A stretch of 64,000 nucleotides of DNA from Cyanidioschyzon merolae. Lineage: Eukaryota. The notes beneath the pieces were generated by a model, which ran no database searches, was not told the DNA's origin, and saw nothing but the letters and a program-made list of their open reading frames with translations. The stretch lies in the NCBI GenBank assembly GCA_000091205.1, contig AP006488.2. The stretch is one strand, 5' to 3'. A program made the translations under genes and the position numbers. Positions 22,195-32,954 of this stretch are shown here, one piece after another. How positions within the stretch are numbered: position 1 is the stretch's first letter; each line of letters begins with the position of its first letter.

Positions 22195-22860
22195 ATCTAT
22201 CCTTTACTTTCCATTTCCAGTACGCAAACGACCTTCGGTGAGGGCGAAACAAGTTCGTGCAGGTGTCCTGCCCCCAACTGTGCAGAGCGGGAACGCAATC
22301 TTCAGCGCTTGGCGCGGGGCACAGTCAAGCAGTGTCACAATCGCACCGCATAGCATGAGGCTAGAGCGACGCCGCTGAACGAAGAACTTCGCTGCGTTGG
22401 ATACCACTCCTATACGAGCACATCATCACTTCCAGTCCACGACACTGCAGTCCTCGAGGAGTCCGCTCAAGCTTCGCGTTCCAGAGGAAACCGTCCGGCT
22501 CGTCGGCAGCAGTAGCGCCGGTGTTCGAAGAAAGAAGCTCTGAAGTGGAAACGCACTAGAGCCCCGAACGCACTTGATTTTTCTATAGTTGTATAAGTGC
22601 TCTCCCCGCCCAAATTTCTTAAGCAGCGCAGCACTCACAACAACATATGCAGCCATCATCTAACGTGTACGGATACTTGATAAAGGCGCGTGGGTCACCT
22701 TTGGTCGTGATCTTGACACAACAGAGCGCCACTCGCCCAGCACCCTCAGGAAACTCACCCTCAACGGGTGGGAGTTCACGATAAGATAGGCAAGTTAGAC
22801 CAGTACGTTTTCCCACAATATCCTTATCGGTTGGCGTTTGCTTTTCGGGCATCTTTTAAA
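22195..22860 (-). repeat. Inverted repeat pair, copy 2 (reverse complement of 14885..15560), abutting the 3' end of element copy 2
   Basis: See 14885..15560. The 77-aa ORF 22619..22852 (-) reads 'MPEKQTPTDKDIVGKRTGLTCLSYRELPPVEGEFPEGAGRVALCCVKITTKGDPRAFIKYPYTLDDGCICCCECCAA', against 'MSTTPTRDDKDIVGKRYGLACLSYRKLPPVEGEYPEGAARLVLCCIKITTKGDSRAFTKYPYTVDNGWVCCCDWCAA' in copy 1. Confidence 0.7.
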
Positions 22861-25800
22861 AGTAGCAGATAATGATTCTGAGGCAAAGGTCGTGAAGTAG
22901 CGAGCGAAGCTTGTATTCAGGTTCTTGTATCAGTGAACCTCAACAACGAGTATTCAACGGGGCGCGCGTCAGCACTCAGCACCGTCGGCGACTGCCGCGT
23001 TCCACTGATGATGCGTCTTCAAAACACCGGCGAGAGCGTGTAGGCTGCCACGTTGCACACGCCGTAGCGCGCCTCTCGCCATGTCGTCATCTCGCCTGTT
23101 GCTGTAGGCGGACCCTGCGTCCCTAGCACGAAAGCGGAACGTCCCACCGTGATAGCCCACAAAGATCTAGTACTTTTTGGTATATTAATATATTAAATTG
23201 TACGTTATGAGTTCGCGCCTGTGGCGATCCCCGCAGCCTGTTCGCGAGGACTCTCAGTTGTAGGTACCCATGGCATCCTATCCTTATGTCAGATTAAAGT
23301 GGAGAACTCAGCTGCTCGCGCAGTTCCTGCCTTGAGATTTTTCCGCAATGGTTTTAGATCTCCAGTCTGTAGAAGCAAAGTGCAACAGTGCGGGCTCATG
23401 GAATGGGAAGCAGCTGCAGGAATCACGGACGCGCAACCGGAGTGGCTTTGTAGACCCTCTGCCGCTGGCATTCGTCACGTCACCGTCATTTGAATGATGC
23501 GCGGCACCCGCGAGCAAGGATTCATCACATAAAAGGCATCTTCTTCCACGACATGCGTACAAGCCTCTGCGCTTCTCATATTCCTTAGTGTGGCGTGCAC
23601 GAATCACTCGCATGCGCCAAGGTTCGATGCCTCTGTTTCAAGGCGACACTCGGGTGCAGCACTTCATGTCGTTGGATGGACGACGAAAAAAACCTGGGTT
23701 GAGGCCGTGACGACTCGTTCACAGACTCTCGCTGAAACGTCACGCAGCTTATCACTGCAAACAAGCAGTTTCGCTCGGGAAGCAATGCCACCTCTATGTG
23801 GGGCTATCGACGGAGCGGCACTCATTGGCAGTATGGTGCAGTTCCCGGAACATGCGCTCAGAGGCGCCCGTCTCTTTTCTGCGCATGGAAAGGGGTCCTC
23901 GACCCGGGCTTTACTCATCGCTGCGATGACTTTGAGTAGAGCGTGCGTCACTGCTTTGCGCGAAGTGAGCGAAGACAGATCGAGAGTTCACGACGTGCAC
24001 GCCGGACTGGGAGGTTCGTTGCGATACCTGTTCCTGTCTGGAGAGCATCGCCTTCGACGAGTCGTCTAGAGAAGGGAGCAGCATGCGCAGGCGTGTGTTG
24101 AGGGGAGCGCTCTCGCCGAGGCGATCGCCCAGCAGAAGCCCGTGAGCGTAGGTTACGGCAGCTGGTGCGAGAACGGAGCAGGGCACTGAGGTGAGGCTTC
24201 TGGACCCGCCACACACAGTTACGGAGCGTCGACGCGAGCGTTCACGTGTCAGCGACTAGCCGTCAGATGACGAAGTATGCTGGTGGCACGTGACCGCCAG
24301 ACCACAGCCAAGCGGCAACGCTGCGACGGGCGCACCGCAACAGAGTGGAAAGAAGGTGCACATGGCAAGCGAAGCGAAGATGGCAACTTTTGGCAGTGCA
24401 TGGAATGCCTAGACAAGAGTCGGCAGCTATGGAATCGGGGCCTGAACACCACCACCGCCAATATCGTGCGACTGCTATGAACAGCGCTGGAGAGAAAGGA
24501 GAGACCAGCGTCGTTTAAAGAAGCCGAAATATTAGTGCATACGTCTTTGTCCGTGGATCTGTTCAGTTCTATGTAACTCGAACGCACCTGTCAGTGGAAC
24601 AAAAACGTCCCACGACCATGTCGTATACATGAATATCTACCCGCAGACGCCTCCCTGCCATGCTGGACCGCGCCCTGCTGTCGGCTCCAGCTTCTTGTTG
24701 TATACGGAGACCCTGAGAGACTGCCCCGCAAGTCAGATCGCGTCAGTTCCTCGGGTAAAGTCTTTCGCTCTGCACATTATCTGATAATGATGGCGACGTT
24801 GAGGTCTCGGTCAACGAACTCGTTGCATTTATTGCCGATGGTGGAACCTCGCTTTGCGAAGACGCATCGAACTCGTGCTCTCTGTGCCACCAGAGTTTCG
24901 TAAACGTACCGTCGAGCAAACACCTTTTCCTGGCTATCTCTCATCGTCATCGTCTTCGTTGTCCTCATCTGTTGCTCCTCTTCGATTGGTGGTCAGCGGG
25001 AAGAGGATTTTTTCATTTTGTTTGTCGAACTCGGCAATGATGGTCCTCCGGTATCCTCGACTTTCACGTCCATACCATTGCATTCTATTTTTTTGAGAAC
25101 GAACGCACTTGGAACGCATCTGCTGTTAACCGCGAAAAACCACTTGAATACTATACGAGGCTATTGGAACACGAATGCATTGAAAGACTAGACCTTGCTG
25201 CCACTTCAACCCTAACACGTCTTGTCCGTTAGAGCGACACGTTCATGATCAGGATCGCGTTTCCCTTCAACGGCGAGATGTGCGTCGTGTCTTGTTCTTT
25301 TTCTGGTCTGAGAAAACCTATCCATCGACCGTGGATCACGGATTGCGGGATGGATATCGGCTTTCGGGAAAGCGCCCGTCATGGTGCACCCTGCCTCCAG
25401 GTTCCATTACTTAGACTCCCTTTCCGCTAGACTGGTCGATTTGTGCGTTCGTTCGTGCGCCGAGCCTGCAGTGAGCACCCGCCGCAGCGCTTGTACCGCT
25501 GGAGCGGATGCTGCACAGGGACAGAACAGCGTAGGCGTACCACCGAATGCGCTGCGACCAGGGCGACGCCCAGACGCTGCCTGAGCACCCTTAATGCCGG
25601 AATAAACCGCTTCGGGGATGAGTTGGTCAGATATCACTAAAGCACCTGCCATTGGGTGGGGGAAGCATGACGCAATTACCCAGAAGACTCGTCCGGCTCA
25701 CGGGGCCTTCCGCCTGGAGCGCAAACATTCTAACATGCGGAAAGCTTCTCCCCCTGTCAACGTTTAGCGTAGAGGGGGAATGAAATCGTTACATCGTTTG

Positions 25801-25929
25801 TCGTGAATCGTGAGTCTCTGTTCTTTGTTCTAAATAACGCTGTCGAGTTGTGCACCTCCATATTTGAAAGGCATGAAATACAATGCGCTTTTCACAGTGG
25901 AAGAGAAACGTAGTCCTGACCATTCGTTG

Positions 25930-28350
25930 ACGTGTTGTTCTACCGGAAAAAGTTGTATTCGCGTTGGAGTCGAAGCAAAGTACAATTTTTCAGTTCATTT
26001 GTGTTTCAGCCCTCAAACATGTCTAGTCGAGTGTTTTCTTGCAATATATAATAGAAGGATTCGAAGCTGGTTCTTTTTCAAAAAAAATAAAAAAAGGAAA
26101 GTCATAGGAAAGCAAGTCGGCGATCCTGGAGGCCCAGGATCGCCGGCTGCCAGAAAAACAAATACAGTGCCGAGTCCGGACGAACAGCAAAAGAAAAAGA
26201 AGCAAAATGTGAGGCCCTACGTCGAAGGCTGCAAGAACGACAACTGTACAACGAGATAGTGGTGAAAACCTCTCTTCTTGGACATATCAAGGATCCCTAT
26301 AGGGAAAAGTTGCGAGGCGCTATCGAAAACCGTGTCGACTCGTAACCCAAGAGTTTTGTCAAGGCGTCTTCCGGACTGATGCATTTGGCGAGGGAGATGT
26401 ACAAATACGTGACGCACATGGAAACGGTCGACATTCCGGACGAGTTCTTCGACAAGACGTCTTTTCGATACCTGATGCATGGTACAGCGGAAACGTGGAG
26501 GGAAAATGTGCTAGTGCATGCTCTTTACGAAAAATTCGTGGAATTCCGATTCGAGGGTGCTTGGTACAGGGGTGACTCGCATATTTACACATACGGGGCA
26601 ATGAAGTTCATCACGAACCTGAAGAACCATTTGACAGAGAACCTCGAATGTTTCATGATACGCACCGCGTTTGCACTCAACCCGGGCATCTCTCGCAAGG
26701 GGATATGGTCGATTATCAATGGCATCACGAAAGATCGCCAGCATGAAGATGACGTCGAATTTGTCGACAAGAAGACGTCAAAAGGGAGCACGAATGAGGC
26801 TTCTGTAACCCGTGCGGCTATACAAGAGCACCGTGCAGTCTTGAGGCTGGTGAATCCAACAGACAAGATATCAAAGTTGGAAAAAGATAAGGAAAGATAC
26901 TATCGCCTCTTCCTGCGGTATTTTGTGTTTCTGGACCGAGAGCTCGAACGCAAAGCGGAGATGAAGCTGAGTGAGGAAAAATGAAGAATGGGAAAGACGG
27001 AAGGCTTTCCTAATGGGGAAGCGCTTGGACGTGGTTCCGTTGTGCAACATCAAGTCACATTTTGTGACTATCGACTCCAGATCCCTCACGACATCACGAA
27101 GGAGATCAGTGCGGAGTTCAATATTAGTCGCGAGGACTTCACCGGCGAAAACCAGGAGACGTACTGGAAGAAAATCTTCGGTTTCAAACGTCTCAAAACG
27201 AGCAAGCAAAAGGTATTCGCTGGGATGATTGAAACCAATGGAGTAGCCGTGTGTGTACACTATCGGCGGTTGAAGAAAGATCGTCGAGTCCCACCCCCCG
27301 CTGCGCCCTCGACGAAGCATGAAGATGAGAATGAGTCGGATCCCGCCACGCAGGAGGTGGAGGATACTGATCTTGTCGTTGGCGCGGACCCCGGACACAT
27401 CATTATCATCAACATCGCAGCACGGAAGCGTGTGGCAGATGGTACTAACGGCACCTTACATCAGACAGACATATGTCTTTTGAGGTTCTCGAGAGCAAGA
27501 TACGATCGAGAATCCGGTATGATCAATGCAAGGAAGAAAATTGAGACATGGAATGCAGGAATGAAGGATCACCTGCAAGCTTTGAGCGAGGTGAGGAGCC
27601 GAAGAGCGGACTTTACAGCTTTTCGGAATTTCATGGAAGTTCGCGTTGCTCATTGGGACGCGCTGTGGGAGGATTATACAAAGCCCAGGTGGGCTCGTTT
27701 GCGAATGAATCTATACTGTGGGAAGCAGCGGGCGTTCGCCAACTTTTTCAATCAGGTGGGCGCCCTCAAGGAGATTGAAAGTCAGAGGCTCGTCATAGCG
27801 TACGGAGCAACGCGCTGGAAGACCCAAAAACGGGACTATGCCAGCTCCAACGACAAGAACGTACAAGGAGTGTGCACGGCGTTTCGCTGCGATACCTGCA
27901 GATGAGTTTCGAACATCGTATACACACCACGAGCTGGGATTTACACTTCAGAGAGTCGAGATGGAAACGTGCCAACGAAGCCATGAGGAAATAGCAAACT
28001 ACGGACCGCTGATGGGAGAGCAAATGGATAAGAGAGCGAAAGTTCGTGGACTACTTGCGCTGGTGAGCGCAACCAGTGATGGCAAGAAACGTATGGTATT
28101 AGTGAACCGAGACTTTAACGCCGCTACCAATGTAAAGAGATGGACGGTGACAGAAAGAAGACCTCCAGAGTCGACAAGAGAGAACTTTGTTAGACAATCA
28201 CTCAAAGTGGAACTATATGAGAAACAGTTGGAAGCAGTTGTAGGTGACCGGTCCGAAAAGGCTGGGAGGCGTCTGCACGTCAGGTGGAGACGTCGTGTCT
28301 AGGGCGTGTTTGCCACTACTGTACACCGCTGGCCGCAGCATTTTTCTTTT
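25930..28350 (+). mobile_element. Fanzor/TnpB-like element copy 3 (full-length mosaic: family-B-like 5' half plus family-A 3' half; multiple frameshifts)
   Basis: The 5' end is 'cgtgttgttctaccggaaaaagttg', followed by a TATA 'tatataatag' and then the MHLAREMY... N-terminal half, about 90% identical to copy 1. The RuvC half is near-identical to copies 2 and 4 ('[32 protein letters not shown]...'). ORFs 26379..26984, 26988..27905 and 27838..28302 lie in three frames. Confidence 0.7.
26045..26054 (+). promoter_or_regulatory. TATA-box-like sequence (TATATAATAG) upstream of the element-internal ATG
   Basis: Read directly in the sequence. The equivalent position in copy 1 reads 'cataatag', about 50 bp before 'atgaaaaag'. 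Confidence 0.3.
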
Positions 28351-29242
28351 GAATGGCGTTTATTTTTTAGGCGACGACCACAAGCCTGTTCCCTAGTCAT
28401 CGGTCGTACGCGCGACTCCTCGGAAGTTTGGCTATAATCAGCGCGCCCCTCTAGCAAAACAGTCGAGTCGGCACCAGATGCGCCCGAGAGGCCCCGCGCC
28501 GACCTTCAACCTATTCTCGCTAACCAAAAGTTGAATACCTGCTCTGCAGCTGTTCGATCAGCTACCTCGACAGAGTAGAGGTCGATAAGCGCTCTTTCAC
28601 GATGAACTACCAGGTCATGCGCAAGTCACGCACCCTACGCTTTCGTGCTATCCGCAAAACCTGCTATCTTCCAAGCGTAGCGGCTTGCGGACCATCAAGG
28701 CAACTATGCGCTGAAATTCCGCCTCTTGTACCGTTGAACAACTTCCCTGAATGCTTCGCGCCATCGAGAAGCATATTCATGTATCGTGCGCCTGCAAGAA
28801 GCGGTTCCAACACTTCATACCGACTCAGTGGGTCCTCGACCGCAATCAAGTTCAGATTTCCGGACACAGCGTCCGCCTACGCATGAAAAACGGCCTCCAA
28901 GTCTGTTGTCGCGTGCTGTTTTTGAGGCAATGAGGAACCGCGGATGCATTGCTCGTCCACTGAGCAGTCGCGTGCGCCAGTATCGAGGACGCGTGCCGTT
29001 CTCGCAGCAAAAGAACCAGTCTGTCGGAGCGTCTCCTACTATTCCACGATACTCCAGCGGAAAAAGAGCGACTCTTCGCCCCTGTCGACGAATTGGCGCC
29101 CCGGGCGACGCTTTACGCACTTCGAGCGCTCCATGAGAGCAACCGTGAATCCCAACTGTCCCAGTTTACGATCATCGCTGGCACGGTTCAAACCGCAGTG
29201 CCCCGCCAGTTAGCAAGTTATGTCGTGAGATATTCGGAGGAA

Positions 29243-31642
29243 CTAGCGCCCCGTGCTGTGCTGCTCCAGCAGTGCTCTGCGTGCATTCTCGAGGAGTATC
29301 TTCTGCTCAACGCTTGCGATCTGTTTCCGCGTACTGATCACAGCATCAGGGTTGACACTCACGCTGTCAATGCCACAGCGAACTAAAAACTCGGTTAAAT
29401 CCGGATATACTGAAGGAGCCTGCCCGCAGATACTCACAGTGATATTGGCACGGTGGGCTTCCTCGATGAGGATGCGCATCGCGGCCTTGACTGCCGGATC
29501 GCGCTCATCAAAGTATCCCAAAGTGGCAAGCTTCGGGGAATCTCGATCCGCGCCCAGCAACAGCTGCGTTAGGTCGTTGCTACCGATACTAAATCCATCA
29601 CAGAGCTGAGCAAAATCGCGCGCGAGCAGAACAACGCTGGGAACCTCCGCCATGAGCAGAACTTTGAAGTCGGAAGCGCGCTGCAGTCCTTCAGAGCGCA
29701 TCAAGTCAAGCGCACGCTGCACCTCCCAGGTCGTTCGTGCAAATGGTAACATGGCCCAGACATTTTTCAAACCCTGCTCATCCCGAACCTGCTTCATCGC
29801 TCGGCATTCGAGGCGAAACCCGGCCTCGTACTCAGCGCTGACATAGCGCGAGACGCCCCGCCAGCCGAGCATCGGATTAGATTCAAGGATCTCGTACCGT
29901 TCGCCGCCTTTCAGGGAGCGGTATTCGTTGGTCTTGAAATCACTAAATCGGACAATGACTGGCCTCGGATAGGCAGCTTGTGCGACCATGGAAATACCTT
30001 CCGCGAGCTTCTCCACGAGCATTTCTTCCTCCTTGTTCTCGATAATGTACATGGGATGGTGTCCAACCCAGCTGGCAAGGATGAACTCGACCCGCATGAG
30101 CCCAATGCCGTCAAATGGCAGGTGACGTAGATCCTGCATTTTCTCTGGTTCACCGAGGTTCATGTAGACGCGAGTAGCCGTGATCGGCAATACCATCGAC
30201 GCGACTGCGTCAGCGGATATCCCTGCCTTGGGCGGTGTGTCCTCCTCGGCTTTGTGTACTCCGCGCAGTATGACACCCAGCGTTCCGTCCACCGTCACGA
30301 TCTGGCCGCTTCGAAGAATCTCGGTTGCTTTGCCGGTGCCAACCACACATGGTAAGCCAAGTTCACGCGAGACAATCGCGGCATGCGCAGTCATTCCGCC
30401 ACTGTCGGTGACGATGGCCGCCGCCTTTCTCATCGCTGGCACCCAGTCCGGCGTTGTCATTGATGTGACAAGCACTTCACCTGGTTGGAACTCCGATATG
30501 TTCTGGACATCAAGAAGGACTCGCACTTTCCCGTGTGCGCGCCCTGGCGATGCTCCGAGGCCACGTACCAAAACCTCGCGACGCGAGGCTGCTTTCCTGT
30601 CTGACCAGACTGTTTCGGGACGCGCTTGAAGCACATAGAGCTGGTTCTTTTCCTCATCTATGGCCCATTCAATGTCCATTGGTATTCCGTAATGCTTTTC
30701 TATGGTGAGTGCAGTTCGTAGGAGCTCCTGTATCTGTGCATCGGTGAGACACGGAGCCTCCACCAGGTCCGCTGGTACGGGTACCTCACGGGTCAGCGTG
30801 TCAGCGGATGCTGCGTCGATGCCCTGGACGCCGTCAGCGACTGCGGCTCGCACCATCATCAGCGGCTTTGAGGCAGTGTGGCGCTCGAGCACACGCCCGC
30901 TTGCCTTTTCGACCACGAAACGATCCGGTCGAACCCTGCCCTGAACGACCATCTCGCCGAGTCCCCAGCAGCACTCAATAACGATCAGATCACGCTTGCC
31001 GGTAACCGGATCCAGGGTGAAACAAACCCCCGAGACACGGCTCTGAACCATTTGCATCACACCCACACTCAGGCGCATATCCAGGTGCGGGTAGCCTTTC
31101 TCCTCCCGATATGCAATGGCGCGAGGCGAGAACAACGAGCCGTAGCATTTCTTGATATACTGGAGGATCGCATCGATGCCGTGCACGCACAGATACGTCT
31201 CTTGCTGGCCAGCAAAACTTGCCTCTGCAGAGTCCTCCGCAGTTGCGCTGCTGCGAACTGCAACCAGTGGCTCTTGCGCCCCAAGGGTTTTCACCAAGTT
31301 GCGGTACGCACTTCGAATCATCTGCTCTACGGGCGGTGGGTATGCAGCATCCTCCAACAACGCCATTATTGCCTTTGAGGCTTCCTCCAGCGAGCTGGGC
31401 GACTCTAAGTTCAGACCTTGAAGAATGGACTGAATTTTCGTGTCCAGCTTATTGAATTCGATAAAGGACTCGTACGCGGCGACCGTCACAGCGAAGCCTC
31501 GCGGGACCAAGAGCCCGAGACTCAGCAGCTCACCCAGGCTGGCGTTCTTCCCCCCAACTAAGCCTCTGTCTGTATTCCTCAAATTCTGTAGCTCCACAAC
31601 GTACTTCCCAGCGTCGTTTTCCTCGCAGTTTGTGAGCACCAT
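29243..31642 (-). CDS. ppsA: Phosphoenolpyruvate synthase (pyruvate, water dikinase), bacterial PpsA-type
   Basis: The ORF is intact over about 799 aa from M at 31642. The 852-aa track ORF starts further upstream, inside element copy 4. Blocks align to PpsA: 'DRGLVGGKNASLGELL', 'VAVRSSATAEDSAEASFAGQQETYL', 'GLGEMVVQGRVRPDRFVVEK' and 'KHYGIPMDIEWAIDEEKNQLYVLQARPETVWS'. The phospho-His motif is 'GGMTAHAAIVSRELGLPCVVG'. The C-terminal PEP-utilising domain includes 'IGSNDLTQ'. Confidence 0.85.
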   Translation of the reverse strand: MVLTNCEENDAGKYVVELQNLRNTDRGLVGGKNASLGELLSLGLLVPRGFAVTVAAYESFIEFNKLDTKIQSILQGLNLESPSSLEEASKAIMALLEDAAYPPPVEQMIRSAYRNLVKTLGAQEPLVAVRSSATAEDSAEASFAGQQETYLCVHGIDAILQYIKKCYGSLFSPRAIAYREEKGYPHLDMRLSVGVMQMVQSRVSGVCFTLDPVTGKRDLIVIECCWGLGEMVVQGRVRPDRFVVEKASGRVLERHTASKPLMMVRAAVADGVQGIDAASADTLTREVPVPADLVEAPCLTDAQIQELLRTALTIEKHYGIPMDIEWAIDEEKNQLYVLQARPETVWSDRKAASRREVLVRGLGASPGRAHGKVRVLLDVQNISEFQPGEVLVTSMTTPDWVPAMRKAAAIVTDSGGMTAHAAIVSRELGLPCVVGTGKATEILRSGQIVTVDGTLGVILRGVHKAEEDTPPKAGISADAVASMVLPITATRVYMNLGEPEKMQDLRHLPFDGIGLMRVEFILASWVGHHPMYIIENKEEEMLVEKLAEGISMVAQAAYPRPVIVRFSDFKTNEYRSLKGGERYEILESNPMLGWRGVSRYVSAEYEAGFRLECRAMKQVRDEQGLKNVWAMLPFARTTWEVQRALDLMRSEGLQRASDFKVLLMAEVPSVVLLARDFAQLCDGFSIGSNDLTQLLLGADRDSPKLATLGYFDERDPAVKAAMRILIEEAHRANITVSICGQAPSVYPDLTEFLVRCGIDSVSVNPDAVISTRKQIASVEQKILLENARRALLEQHSTGR

Positions 31643-31726
31643 TAGGTTGGCCGAATTCCAGGTCGTTTGACAGACTCCAGAAACAGAAAGAATTGAGATT
31701 GTAATCTCCGGACGTGAACGTGCTGC

Positions 31727-32707
31727 TGGCGGCCGACCCCAGAAACACAATTTCATAACCATCGCAGCACGGAAGCGTGTGGCAGATGGTACTAACGGCA
31801 CCTTACATCAGACAGACATGTGTCTTTTGAGGTTCTCGAGAGCAAGATACGATCGAGAATCCGGTATGATCAATGCAAGGAAGAAAATTGAGACATGGAA
31901 TGCAGGAATGAAGGATCACCTGCAAGCTTTGAGCGAGGTGAGGAGCCGAGGAGCGGACTTTACAGCTTTTCGGGAATTCATGGAAGTTCGCGTTGCTCAT
32001 TGGGACGCGCTGTGGGAGGATTATACAAAGCCCAGGTGGGCTCGTTTGCGAATGAATCTGTACTGTGGGAAGCAGCGGGCGTTCGCCAACTTTTTCAATC
32101 AGGTGGGCGCCCTCAAGGAGATTGAAAGTCAGAGGCTCGTCGTAGCGTACGGAGCAACGCGCTGGAAGACCCAAAAACGGGACTATGCCAGCTCCAACGA
32201 CAAGAACGTACAAGGAGTGTGCACGGCGTTTCGCTGCGATACCTGCAGATGAGTTTCGAACATCGTATACACACCACGAGCTGGGATTTACACTTCAGAG
32301 AGTCGAGATGGAAACGTGCCAACGAAGCCATGAGGAAATAGCAAACTACGGACCGCTGATGGGAGAGCAAATGGATAAGAGAGCGAAAGTTCGTGGACTA
32401 CTTGCGCTGGTGAGCGCAACCAGTGATGGCAAGAAACGTATGGTATTAGGGAACCGAGACTTTAACGCCGCTACCAATGTAAAGAGATGTACGGTGACAG
32501 AAAGAAGACCTCCAGAGTCGACAAGAGAGAACTTTGTTAGACAATCACTCAAAGTGGAACTATATGAGAAACAGTTGGAAGCAGTTGTAGGTGACCGGTC
32601 CGAAAAGGCTGGGAGGCGTCTGCACGTCAGGTGGAGACGTCGTGTCTAGGGCGTGTTTGCCACTACTGTACACCGCTGGCCGCAGCATTTTTCTTTTGAG
32701 TGGCGCT
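31727..32707 (+). mobile_element. Fanzor/TnpB-like element copy 4 (family A; 5'-truncated at the same point as copy 2; same frameshift)
   Basis: Homology starts at 'gctggcggccgacccc...catcgcagcacggaagcgtgtggcagatgg'. ORFs 31779..32252 and 32185..32649 are more than 98% identical to the copy 2 and copy 3 peptides. The conserved 3' end is '...gtctagggcgtgtttgccactactgtacaccgctggccgcagcatttttcttttgag'. Confidence 0.7.
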
Positions 32708-32954
32708 CGTTATTGGTTTGCGGTGCAGGCTCACTCCTCAGTGCAATCTCTAATCCGTTGGCACTTATCTGCCGCAGACTCGAGTGGACACGCTGAGAAC
32801 TGGTGTTGAAAAAGGCCGAAGCTGAGAGCCGGCTCCCAAGCTGCTCGCACTCGACAGCGTTTCTCGTTTGCACTTTGGCTACGGCCAGCGCTGTTCTCGG
32901 CTGATGCGTTCCTCCACAGGGTGTCGCACGGAGTTTTCATAACCGCCTCCCTTC

